DNA from: Lepidodermella squamata
Taxonomy: Eukaryota > Animalia > Gastrotricha
Reading direction: 5' to 3'
Assembly: GCA_047495785.1 (NCBI GenBank)
Contig: JBLDXI010000024.1
Location: forward strand, 3,348,001-3,412,000
DNA: 64,000 nt
The notes beneath the pieces were generated by a model. That model was not told the origin of the DNA. It worked only from the letters and a program-made list of their open reading frames with translations, and ran no database searches. The position numbers were made by a program, and so were the translations under genes. This document shows, piece by piece, positions 28,801-38,511 of this stretch (position 1 is the stretch's first letter; each line of letters begins with the position of its first letter).

Positions 28801-30856
28801 TTAAAAATTCAATTGGTAAAACTCACGAGCTGGTGTTGTAGGTATAGCTGTGGTAATCAAATTTATATAAATAACTTTCGAGAAAAGAAGGTATTCCTTA
28901 CATGTCTCGCAGTTGCGGCCAGTATAACCAGAGGCGCATGCGCATACCTTGTTAGCGCCAGTCCCGCCGCAAGTGCCACCATTTAGACACGGGGGCAATC
29001 CATCGTTTGCCGGAGTGCCATCGTCGCAGACAGAACTGACACCGGATGCTTCACAAACAAAATTAAAGCAAACAATTTAACCCATCGTTACATTACTTGT
29101 GGAATTACTCGCTGTGGAAAATTGAATACATTTCTTCTTGGGCTGAGGACAGAGGACGATGGTTGGATCCTAATTGTTTTGGAAATACTTAATTTACTTC
29201 AAACCTGAAGAAAACCTTGGCCAACTAAAACGCGATTTTCCGGGGTTGGCACACGGGCAATTAACACTTTAATTTAATTTTTTTGAAACTTTAAGTTTTC
29301 AGAGACCTTAATAATTCAAAAAGTTGGTTAATTCATGTTTTGCTGTTGCTTCCTGCTCTCGGTTCCTCGTAGAATTAAAAGTTTTTCAGTAATGCTTTTA
29401 GGCACCCACGTTGCGATTAATTAGGACATACCGCTGCAGTATTTTCCATATCTCGTGCTAGTGCATAGACAGTACTGTCCAGCGACACAGGTTCCTCCGT
29501 TTTCGCAGTTGATATCGGTTCTGTTTTGATCACAGAAAGGCACTTCAAAAAAGCTTATTGCAAGAGCCAGGAAAATAACATCGAAGTGAAGCTTACTTAT
29601 TTCACAATAACGACCAGTGTAGTACGGTTGGCATGTGCAAGCAGTTTTTGTGCAAGTACCACCGTTCCGGCATTTGGGATAATCGTCCAGATTGGAATTA
29701 GAATTATCGTCGCAAATAACATTAGCGAAGCCAACTTGAAAGAAATAATCATGTATCTTTCATGGTGCAGAATAATTTAGTATTTGAGCTCCTTCAAAAT
29801 ATGAATTCAAATGCACCTGGCAATCGCGAAATCCACGGTCATTCAAAAGTCGAAGAAACAGAAAGGTAACCACCCATTACCACTGTCGGCCTTCGGCCTT
29901 TGACAGTTGACGGGGAAACTTCCCGTTTTTTACGCGTACGCTCATATTCTCCTCGACGTACGCACCGAACGAACGACCGAACGACTGAACACGGGCGACG
30001 ACAACGGGGAGTTTCCCCGTCATAACAGTTGTGCCGTCGTTACATATGTAACCGACAGTACCAGCTGTTAAAATGCGGATATTTAAGCCTTAAATAATTG
30101 TCACTGAATCGAATTTCAAGTGCATGCATCAATGCGAGACAATAAATCACATAATCACATAATAAATCACATAGCTAACAAAGGTATTGTTAGTCACCTC
30201 AAATCCAGTTGCAATTTGCAATTTTTATAAAGCCTGGGTTCAACTAACCGTTGTCGCATAGTACGCCGTAGCTGGGACTTGGGCAAAAGCAGCGTTTGTT
30301 AGATGATCCCCTGCAATTGCCTCCATTGCAATCGTTATCATGGTTGCACGTATCTCCCCCGCCTTGAACATTAAAAGGACAATATAAACTTCCAGTAAAT
30401 AACCAAGGTGAACTCTTCATAGTCAGGTTTTTCCATCGCCAATCGGTGAATTCTAGGGCTTATCTTAGTGGGCTGGAAAGGTTGAAAACTCTATTGCAGG
30501 TGTTGGATACAAGCTAAAACGTAGCAAGCCAGCAAAGTCCACATTTTGAAGTTTGACATGTGATAGACTGTCTGAAAATGTCATTTTTATACAACTTTCG
30601 CCCAACCGAATACAAATTTCACGGCTTTCAAAGGTTGCTCGACGCGACTGGGCTCAATACTTATAACTCATTATAACTTAAGTCATTAGCTACTAGTGCG
30701 AAAATTCCACGAATAGACCGCTTCGGACCAATTCCGATTGGCGATTGAAAAGCCGTGGTAAAATTGTACAGGACCCGCCGTATAACAAAGCTTACTTGCT
30801 AGAGGCGCCGATATAACCAAAAACAGGGCGCAAATCAATCCCCAAGAAGTCTTCAT
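13818..30856 (-). CDS. Giant secreted mosaic lectin, copy B: SP-EGFx~12-CTLDx~10-F5/8Cx3-FReDx5-PAN-CCPx4 (multi-exon)
   Basis: ATG at 30856 (MKTSWGLICALFLVISAPLA|gtaag), then a chain of ORF fragments joined by mostly ~45-60 nt GT-AG introns. The last exons read ANKTWGVLNYTGWSKPWLPSKCT|SSPVML-TAA (stop 13818-13820). No internal signal peptide or TM segment was seen. The single-gene model is inferred. Confidence 0.8.
13965..15695 (-). CDS. Copy B large exon: FReD5 + PAN/apple + 4 Sushi/CCP modules
   Basis: FReD motifs FCDMETFGGGWTQIQRR, YWMGN, GGWWF and NLNAIY. PAN-like CxxxC motif (TECTSYCTAYGSWICK). Four C-x-x-P...Y-x-C...C...W...C sushi units. Confidence 0.85.
   Translation of the reverse strand: MPNDCTWKQANLPITSRYLSQTFSDMVAENGAGSPITFNAFCDMETFGGGWTQIQRRVDDTTTFMLDLAGYDYQIGSIASNYWMGNRLIKGLTAAANFELLVEMRSGNEYAFAYYKLFYTESDAYTLNIANYQACSTAGDSLKALNGNFFIFDLCGGWWFDQPTPCVSSSSTAETSNLNAIYGKQSPESAQMYWYTFKNGYDPNLSWTSMKVRRPTKPGRYVKIANFNCDEGISYTVTKQVTATECTSYCTAYGSWICKTAVFTLKSSSQGDCKIRNDTCVPGEGDPETGTDTYFRMDDCGYFPGQCGPPPTMTGTSQEIVTSDFTSKISVNYTCFPGFTNSKWQGDTTVLTCDSGTQRWVGDWLDCRTLCGMYPDLSNSSAVRLPNVEVSAGTMTLFYQCADDFMMVSTGLPVRICAKPYGNWTGEEIICKSTRCPMPPVVDYSWNNFTIPDPLPYDVQNRAHTTWEYTCVRGYTFKDGDSYVKSKTIYCGDSQQWEPKTPGVCIPLNCDSPPIYPNVKISGVVPATANAIYEFATNFTYECYDIETLDPLSWDSQVVIACVGKYSLVFLNLNYA
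15723..18784 (-). CDS. Copy B exons encoding four tandem fibrinogen-related domains (FReD1-4)
   Basis: The repeated motif set (Y/F)CDM...GWT(V/I)xQ(R/Q)R...F...W..Y..GF...YWLG...WW...C...NLNG...M occurs once in the 244-aa ORF and three times in the 780-aa ORF. Confidence 0.9.
18840..20790 (-). CDS. Copy B exons encoding three F5/8 type C (discoidin) domains with Cys-rich linkers
   Basis: Three repeats of the pattern ASS...W(C/S)P...W/F...(T/K)xG...Y.V.Y/WS...FxG...(L/I)xP/L...R/xDIxGC in ORFs 20223-20825, 19699-20205 and 18772-19620. Confidence 0.8.
20845..27265 (-). CDS. Copy B exons encoding ~10 C-type lectin-like domains
   Basis: Repeated CPxGW...CY...C...L...W(I/V)GL...W.DG...(Y/F)(I/V)CE patterns. 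EPN...WHD occurs in the second domain and QPD...MND in the last. Confidence 0.85.
29865..30023. mobile_element. Short Helentron/DINE-like element interrupting an EGF exon of copy B
   Basis: Inverted repeats TGACGGGGAAACTTCCCGTT / AACGGGGAGTTTCCCCGTCA, a terminal hairpin ACTGTC-GGCCTTCGGCC-TTT-GACAGT and internal GAAC micro-repeats. Absent from copies A and C. Confidence 0.55.
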
Positions 30857-31020
30857 CCGCTTTTTTAGTTCACACGCTCATGCAATTAATTTGTCATAAA
30901 AGCAATTTATCTGTACTGAGCGAATGAAAGGTGGATGAATATTTTTGCAACGCTCAACTTATTGAAACCCAGTTATTAAGAAATGTTTGCCGTTAAACAA
31001 AGGAGCTCAATATTGTTTGA

Positions 31021-31050
31021 AAATATTTACCTTAGTTGCAAGGATACGGC
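31021..31050 (-). promoter_or_regulatory. Conserved upstream motif of copy B
   Basis: AAATATTTAC-CTTAGTTG-CAAGGATACGGC. Confidence 0.5.
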
Positions 31051-34000
31051 CATCCGGCGCGGTCAAAAATCGTCGCGAAAGTCAAACGCGCCTGGAGTAA
31101 AATGTTTCATAATTCATTACCTTTCGCCACAAAATGTGTTATTATTCATCATGCTGTATGCATTACTATCCGCTATTATTATAATATATCCGCCGTTCCC
31201 GAATAGCAGCCACGGATGACTCAGTGATTCAAGAGCTGAAAAATTGCGAACAAATCCCTTCAATAAAATGTATACCCTCTGCGGGGTTTCATTAGGGGTT
31301 GCCTTGTGATACTTGCAAATTTCGTTAACCATATATCGAACATTTGATTTTCCATTTTCCATTTAATGTGATTTTCAAGTTCACAAGGGCCTACTTACTA
31401 CTTACGAATATTTCACAAGTAAATAGATTCTACCTCGCCTCGGATTGGAATGAAATGGAAAATTAAACCAGTCATTTATTGCGACAGCGACAATTTTTTA
31501 AAAGTACAATAAGAACTAGCTACCTGCTAAATAATTAAGTGTTGATCAATGCCTCCATTCTATGATCTTGCATCATAGACGCTAAAACATGCATAAGCCT
31601 ACAACTCCTATTTATTTCCGCACGCTTATTAGCAACCTGGTGCAGTTTTCACCTCCGACAAAAGCCGTGTTTATCGGAATAATCATTTCTGTTTTTTAGA
31701 GTGCGACTTGAACATGTTCAATAATTCAACGGCGATCAACTTCCCCGTCGTATTGGCTTTTTATGTATGACGGACGGTAAACAATGAATAAGTCATCGTA
31801 AACTTTCAAACGAAAAAGCCGTACTTCTTCCCGCTTGGACAATAAATTCGATTTAGATGACGGTTGATAGATTGTCCAAGTTGCAATGCGGGCAATTTAT
31901 AATATATTATAGCTAGTTAGCCATTGTTTGCATTTGAAAAGTTGTTATGCACTTACAAAGTTCGACTTGCAAGTGCATAACAACTTTGCAAATGTCTAAT
32001 ATCGAATATTGGCATTGAGCCTAGATTCATTCACCTGTTCGATATATCAAACGCATAGAAAAAAGTCGCGTGCCTCTTCTTTGGCTAGTACTCAACTTCA
32101 TTGATGGTTCGTTAATTTGAGCTCTGAAAATAACAAACGCCGAGGTCGCGAATGATATGGGCGAAGAACTTTTAGTATCTTTACGAATCCGCGGTGGTTT
32201 CCTCCGGCCGCTTAAAAGCCGTGAAATGCTAGTTTTCCCTTACAATTATTGCTCGCGCGCTATTGGTCGATTCAAAAATGAACGCGGGAGTCGCATTAAT
32301 GCCGCTGCGAAACAAAATAACCGTCGACTTCACAGATTCTTGGCTAATAATGCAGACCGGCCCAAATAAGAGATCTTCATTTTCAGATGGTTTCAAGAAG
32401 ATTTTCTGTGAAAATGATTGGAACAATTTTCCAAAAAAAATCCTAAATCCATCCAGTAAAAAACCATGCTAGGACATTGATTTGGTTCGTTTTGGCAGCT
32501 TTGCGCTGAGCATGAATGGTTAAGTCGGTTGAAATCACTACCCCTTGAAATTCCCCTCCTAGTCATCTTGGAGGGGAACTTTTTTCGCCCCTCCCCAATC
32601 CTCAATATTCCCTCGAGAATGGCAGCAACCGGGATCGATGTCCCAATAACTATATGACTCTATCTACGTCGTGTGACTCGGTTAACTGGCTATCTGGGTC
32701 ATGGTCCGGCTAACCGCGGCGGCGCTAACTTTCATTACCCTCAATATGATTTCATTATTCAGAAGTAATAACGAGGTGCTTTGCTACCTTGAAGTGAGCT
32801 TAAAACGGGGAAACAGGTTTATAACTCAATTTGAACCATGATGAAAAAATCAAAAAAATTAGTTTTCAAAATAAACATGAGCAAAAATTACGGTCGCCTG
32901 ATCTGCGGCAAATCGAATGTCAAATATCAGTTTTTGGTCAATTGCGGCGTCAAACTTCATTGTTTTGACAAATAACCACTCCCATTAAAGCCTGAATAAC
33001 ACAGGCTATCGAATGATATGCGATACTTGAGTGAAACTTGTTTTTATGCAAGCGTGGCAAATTTTGCAAATTTTGACCTTAGCAAAGGGTGGGCTGTCAA
33101 ATGGGTGCGCCTTGTAAACATGAGACATTTACCGTTTGATAGAGCTTCTCGAATTACCCATTTATCATGAAAATTCGCCTCTGAACTCGCATTTGAATAT
33201 GACCCAGGACTGCAGAAGCGATATTTCGAAATTTATAGGGCTTGTTTTTTATCTCAAATTTTACCGCGAGGCTTACGGGCAAAAAATGGCAGCTGATATC
33301 GGCTTGCGGTTTTCACCCGTGGATAGCCAGTGAAATGTTGTACTAGAAATGGCTATTAAATTACGCCCGGTCGCGTCTGTATTGTCGCGAAAAAATTCAC
33401 AAAAACGTCGAAATCTCGAAATTTCAAGTTTTAAGGTGGATCCAGACAAGTTCTACCGCGCCTACTATAGGCATATAACTATGAGGGCTACGACGATGGG
33501 CTTAGTCTTGTTCGGTTCGTCTTGAAATTCTACGTCGGCCGGTGTAATGTGTTTGTGCGCACAAAACTGCTGCATGTGTTTCAAATTTGACTGAAATCAA
33601 CTAGTGTGCGAGCGCCGCCGGCACACTAAAAATAGGCTGAAAATGCGATTTACCGCGCCTCTTGTTTCTCAACCACCATGAGGGCTATGATAAGGAGGTT
33701 GGTCTCTTAAAATTCAGCGCAAAATTCGCTACATTCTACGTGCATTCAAACACGAGCGCTACCAGGATGAGGTGTCAAATAAATTGACGAAACTCGAAAA
33801 AATTGAAATTTGAATTGAAATCGATAATTTAAAAAAATTAGCAAAGGCTGTGAATTTCACCCCAATTTCAACATTTTTGACGCATTAAAATCACCGAAAT
33901 AGATCGCCGAAAATTCAAGAGAAAATCGTCAATAAAAAGCATGCAAAAATTAGACGCAAAATATAGCTGAACTTGATAATGAAAACAAAAGGGTGGTTGT

Positions 34001-34899
34001 TATCACCATCTTCGATCCTGAACATAGCTTTTTTCAGGTGGAATTTGAAATTGGAATATCAATAAATTTTAGATAAAACCGAGATGAATACCAGCCTTCA
34101 ATGAAACGTCCAAGAGCTCGGCTGTTATATTTTTATTTCTCTTATTTTCATGTTACTCTGCTATTTCAACTCAGCAACAAAAAATCAGCAACGTGGCCTA
34201 TGAAGTGCTATAATAAAAATAATAAAAAGGAGGAAAATAGCTGCAAATTCATTTTATCGAATGAAGAGAAAAAACAAGCTCGATTTTATCAAATGTTATC
34301 ATCAGGCCAGCGAGGAAAGTAGGCCGGCCAACCTGCCAGGGACGCAGTATATTTGTAAAAGAAATTTGCCGCTTGCTCGCTATGCTCGCTCGCGAACACC
34401 TATTCTATTTCATATAATCGAGTATCGAGAGCGCTGATTTGCGAATTCCGTTTTCCCACTATTTTTTTGCCCCCGTTTAGCCTTAAATAGCCATTTGATT
34501 GGGAACTTTCCTAACTTTAGTAATAATAACATTTTTTTCTAACTGTGTTTTCCGAGCGAAGCGAGCTATTTCAAGAGATTTTTGCAGCAAGGATGGCCTG
34601 AAAATGCTCAAAATCTCGTACAATTTTAAAAATAAACTACAAAATCGACCTTAATTCGAAGTGAAATCTATAAAGGACTTGAAACTTATCACCATTTAAT
34701 GGAGAAAATTTATTTTTCCAAGTTTGTTACGAATGAAGTTTTCAACTCAAGTTAATACTTCTGTTCTACTCTGAAAGCCGAGCGCAAACTTCAAATTAGC
34801 ATGTGCTGTGGTTATAGCGAGCGAAGCGAGCTTAGCTGAAGACATTTTGCCGTATAAACGGCTGAAAATAGCATTTGCTACACTCATTTTACGATACAA

Positions 34900-35713
34900 C
34901 TACGCTTTACCAGCTAACCTACCGGGGATGGCATAGTTAATAGGCCTGGCCGATCCACTCGCCGGGCGACCTCGCTGCTGGGCTGCTGAGGAGCCAACTT
35001 TGTTGAAGGTGCGCCGCCCAATCGCAGTCGATTGCACGTGAATTTTAGACCCAAACCTTTGATTTCGGCTGGTCGCCAAAGATCGAGCCAAAAATGACTG
35101 GACAGCCGAATTGCCGTCATCCACAGCTTTGCTTGTTCGAAGAGCAAATTTATTCAGCAAAAAGAGGAGTGCGGGATCGCTGGCTGATTTTTTGGCCAAA
35201 TTGAGCAGTTTTTCGCCTAGAACAGCGATATTAGCTCTGACATCTTCAACCTTGGGACCTGAAGAGGGTAATAAAGTTTCATCAATCTCAGGTTCATCGG
35301 CCTCGGGTTGCGGTAATTCGACCAAGGCCGGGTCATTAAAATTGTCACCACCATGTCCCGTTTTAACTGGCTCGGTTTCCGGGCGTGGTAGGTCAGCTGA
35401 ACCGAGAAACAGGTTGGTCGCGTAGTTTTCCCGGTAGCTAAAAAAGCAATGAGCTGTTTCACTTCAGGCGTATCAATTACAAGTTTGCTAGTCGGCAAGG
35501 CAATGTTCAGCTTTTCTGCCGTGTATACTTGGGAACAATAAAATTCAATAAAACAAGTTTCCAAATTTTCCAATTTTTGTTGCGAAAAAGCAATAGTCCG
35601 CATCTCACCAGGTGTTTGCAGAATCTGCCTGTTCGACCCTGGGGGCAGGAACACAGCCAATCTTGTACGTTCACAACGTAGGTATCGTTAGCAACAGTCG
35701 ACAATAAGGCCAT
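34900..35713 (-). pseudogene. C-terminal remnant of the same transposase with a SWIM zinc finger
   Basis: YVVNVQDWLCSCPQGRTGRFCKHL matches CxCx7CxH (SWIM). Downstream fragments carry IHVQSTAIGRR...GRP. Confidence 0.7.
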
Positions 35714-35975
35714 TCACTCGAGGTTCGAAAGACTTCTCTTTGACTGATTTATAACGAATAAAATTCGTCTTAATTTTCCTTGGGGCAGTTGATCGACGGT
35801 TTTTTATGTTAAATTCTTATTTATCAGACGACCTTTATTTAAGGTTTATTTAATCTTAAAACAGTGATAATAAAAGTAAAAAATTCTTTTACGTGCGTAA
35901 TACAACAATTTTTAAGTTACGTAATTTCTGTTTCATAATAATGAATGGATAGTTAACAGAGAGATATCAGGCCTA

Positions 35976-36081
35976 CAGGGTGTTCGTTAAATAATATCCA
36001 GCTTTTAGCTCGAAAACGCTGAATCGCGTGCCGAAAGTAGCAAAGCTATTCATAACTACCTATTATTTTTTGAACACCCTG
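35976..36081. mobile_element. Tiny Tc1/mariner-type MITE (106 bp)
   Basis: TA|CAGGGTGTTC ... GAACACCCTG|TA. Confidence 0.65.
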
Positions 36082-36166
36082 TATATATATCGAGGCTCCT
36101 GGGGGATTAAAATATCGCTTTCATTTTCATCAATTTTTCTACAAGTTCACAACAACTAAAGCATCA

Positions 36167-37067
36167 ATGGCTCGTACCTTGGCCGCCGCTCCGAAGCGAG
36201 CTGGAAGCCGACGATCTCCGGTCAAGCCGCGAAAACACCGGGTTCAACGCAAAACCCGGATTTTCTTCACCAATGATGATAAGCAACGTTTATGTACTAT
36301 CGTAAAACAGCACATTCCGGTCATCGAAGACAAGTCGCTAACGACCGACTCGACGGGTGCGAAAAGTAATTCCTGGGCGGCGATTGCTCGAGAGTACGCA
36401 AAGAAGCGCGGCGTCGGAAAACGCCCCGCTCATACGCTCAGCGATCTCAAGAATCTATGGACCCGCATTGTCTACAAGCTGAAAGAAAAGATCCGTCAAG
36501 AAGCGACAAAGCCGGCCCCTGGTGGTGGCGAAGATAGCAATTTCGTTTTCTATGAACTCTACGAATTAACGATTCTAAATCAGATCAAGCGTGTCACGCC
36601 GACTGCCCTGCGCGGAATCCGGGGTAACTTTTGACTATCCCATGTCAATTTCTTTCAGAGAAAATGTTTAGTATCCGTGCAAAGGTATCCGTGATTCTGA
36701 CATGGCCAGTCACGGCGATTTCAGCGATGAAGACGACGTTATCGACGACGCCGAAGAAGAACAAGAAGAAGATGACGGCGACGATGATGATATCGACTCT
36801 TCGGAAGCTGAAGAAAACCCGTTCGGAGAAAATCACTCTGACCACGCAGACGGACCAGGAACAAGCGGTAACGGAGCTGACGCTGGTCATCAAACTGTTG
36901 CCCAAAAGAAGGCGAAGCTTCAAAGCCTGGCTATTGAGAAAGCCGAACTCGAGAACGAGCTGATTCGCGTTCAAATCGAGGAGTTGCGCCGCAAGACCGC
37001 GAGCAACAGCGCCTCACAAAGCCAGAATTCATTGGACCTGCCCGAAATCGCCATCAAGTACGATTGA
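36167..37067 (+). CDS. Myb/SANT-like DNA-binding protein of a PIF/Harbinger transposon (two exons)
   Basis: Trihelix pattern FTNDDKQRLCTIVKQH..VIEDK...KSNSWAAIAREY...TLSDLKNLWTRI, a probable intron at ~36624-36670/36684, then an acidic tract and coiled coil. Convergent with the HARBI1-like remnant. Confidence 0.75.
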
Positions 37068-37289
37068 GCCGGTTCTGGTCACAACACGTCGAGAACTTGA
37101 AAAGAAAAGACTGAAAACTTTCAATTTTCTACTTTTCTACTTTTCTAACTTTTCTAACTCTAGTGCATTCGTACCCAAGTCCACTATTAGCCATCAGCCG
37201 CGTGATAACTTTTTATTCGAAATAAAACTGTTAAGGTTGCATCATCAGAGATATGTACATGTTCGAGGTTCGAGTTGAGTCAGGAATTT

Positions 37290-37735
37290 TTAGGAAAAAT
37301 ACTGATTGATGATTTTGCGGCGAATTCGCTCGCCCTGATTGACAGAGTGATATTCGTCTTCGTCGCGAGGCTCCGGGGCAACAACTTCATCGTCAAGTTC
37401 ATCTCCGACTTCCGAAAACGGGTTCACGAAGGTTAAGGGCGATATTGTGTAAAACCGCACAGGCAAGAATTACATTAGCGCGTCGATTTGCTTGAAATCT
37501 CAAACGATTATCAACGTTTTGCAAACATCGAAATCGGCTTTTCAAAAGGCCGAAAAGTCGTTCAATGATAGATCGGCGACGATTAAGGGAACGGTTGTAG
37601 GCAATGCGGCGTCAGTTTGAGGGTTTCTTAGCGGAGTTAAGAGTTCTGGAGCCAATTGGTAACCCTTGTCTCCAATAAGCCGGTAATTTTCATAAAGAGC
37701 CGTATCTTGCATTTTCGCTCTGACTCGAGATCATG
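37290..37735 (-). pseudogene. Harbinger/HARBI1-like DDE nuclease, C-terminal remnant
   Basis: Translates YRLIGDKGYQLAPELLTPLRNP / YNRSLNRRRSIIERLFGLLKSRFRCL...ILACAVLHNIA...YFS*. These are hallmark HARBI1 motifs; the remnant is frameshifted and 5'-truncated. Confidence 0.85.
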
Positions 37736-37854
37736 ACTTTAGTTTTCAGGATTTTTCAGAATTTTCAGAGCTTTTGATAAAAAACAATTTCCAGATTTTT
37801 CGAATTACACAAAAACAAATTAATATATAAAAATGATTTGCGAGTTGGAGCAAC

Positions 37855-38255
37855 CTACTTATAGCAGCCTTCGGTTTGAGAAGAGTGAATTGCCGTCGCA
37901 ATAGGCAGGGCCCCGAGTGAAGACCCGCTAACAAGTAAGGTCAAGGGTTTATTGAGTAGTTCACAGCTCGCTGTTGAATCAACAAATGAAGTATCCTAAG
38001 CCTCCTCCACATTTTTCAGGACCCTTTTCATAAGTCCTGTTTGGATAATCAGGCACCAGATATCCTCTTCAGAAGAAGTGCGACTTTTAGAAAAATCAGC
38101 AATATCAGGATGTTGATCGGCGAATTCCTGCAATTTTTCCAACATTGATTCGCCGCCCTGACCGCCATGTTCAGCGACTTGAATGCTCGTAGCCAAATGA
38201 TGCCAGTCTGTTATGGTCGGACAAATCTTTTGGCCGACCAATAAGGTGAGTGCGC
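37855..38255 (-). pseudogene. MULE-type transposase remnant (start of the DDE domain)
   Basis: Translates WCLIIQTGLMKRVLKNVEEA*DTSFVDSTASCELLNKPLTLLVSGSSLGALPIATAIHSSQTEGCYK*. FVDST is the first catalytic-Asp motif of MULE transposases, and there are in-frame stops. Confidence 0.7.
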
Positions 38256-38378
38256 TACATTTTTCATGGTAAACGGCCAATTTCGAGGTTTTTAGCAGCC
38301 GGAGGAAACCACCGCTGGATCCGTAAATGTGCGAAATAAATCTAGCAAACAATACTTTTTTTGTTAGCGCACAAAAAT

Positions 38379-38448
38379 GCGGCTCATCGGTATCACTTTG
38401 AATGTGATTCCAGGGAGCACCACGAGGAGGTTAGCCGCTAAGCTCCCC
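38379..38448 (-). ncRNA. HDV-like self-cleaving ribozyme fold downstream of the copy C stop codon
   Basis: The minus strand reads GGGGAGC-UUA-GCGGCUA-ACC-UCCUCGU-GGU-GCUCCCU-GG-A-AUCAC-AUUCAAA-GUGAU-A-CCGA-U-G-AGCCGC. P1 is a fully paired 7 bp with G1.U, the nested double pseudoknot is complete, and P2 and P4 covary with copy B. Confidence 0.9.
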
Positions 38449-38511
38449 ATAACAAAAATGAAGCGCAAATTATTTTTGAAGCTACCGCAGAATTAATCCA
38501 GTGGTGCATTT

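Larger units (their letters stand above)
13676..32179. repeat. Segmental duplication unit (ribozyme + gene B + ~1.3 kb upstream), paralogous to 38379-57060 and, for 20682-~31050, to 1-~12075
   Basis: Collinear exons and introns, with an offset of 24699 for the 576-aa ORFs. Upstream similarity to copy C ends at TTTTAGTATC (32179 vs 57060). Confidence 0.9.
32180..38327 (-). mobile_element. Decayed ~6.1 kb TIR DNA transposon (Mutator/MULE-like with SWIM finger) at the B/C junction
   Basis: Imperfect ~45-bp TIRs: TTTACGAATCCGCGGTGGTTTCCTCCGGCCGC at 32180 and the reverse complement TTTACGGATCCAGCGGTGGTTTCCTCCGGCTGC ending 38327. Transposase remnants lie between them. Confidence 0.65.

Noticed and set aside
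32646-32665. TAACTATATGACTCT resembling the 28S rRNA R2/I-PpoI target region
   Set aside because: The match is short and gapped, with no flanking rRNA similarity.
33260-34835. Degenerate ~200-bp repeats (TACCGCG...ATGAGGGCTA) and GCGAGCGAAGCGAGC motifs as a CRISPR-like or regulatory array
   Set aside because: Spacing is irregular, identity is low, the context is eukaryotic and the repeats lie inside a decayed transposon. Most likely TE-internal repeats.
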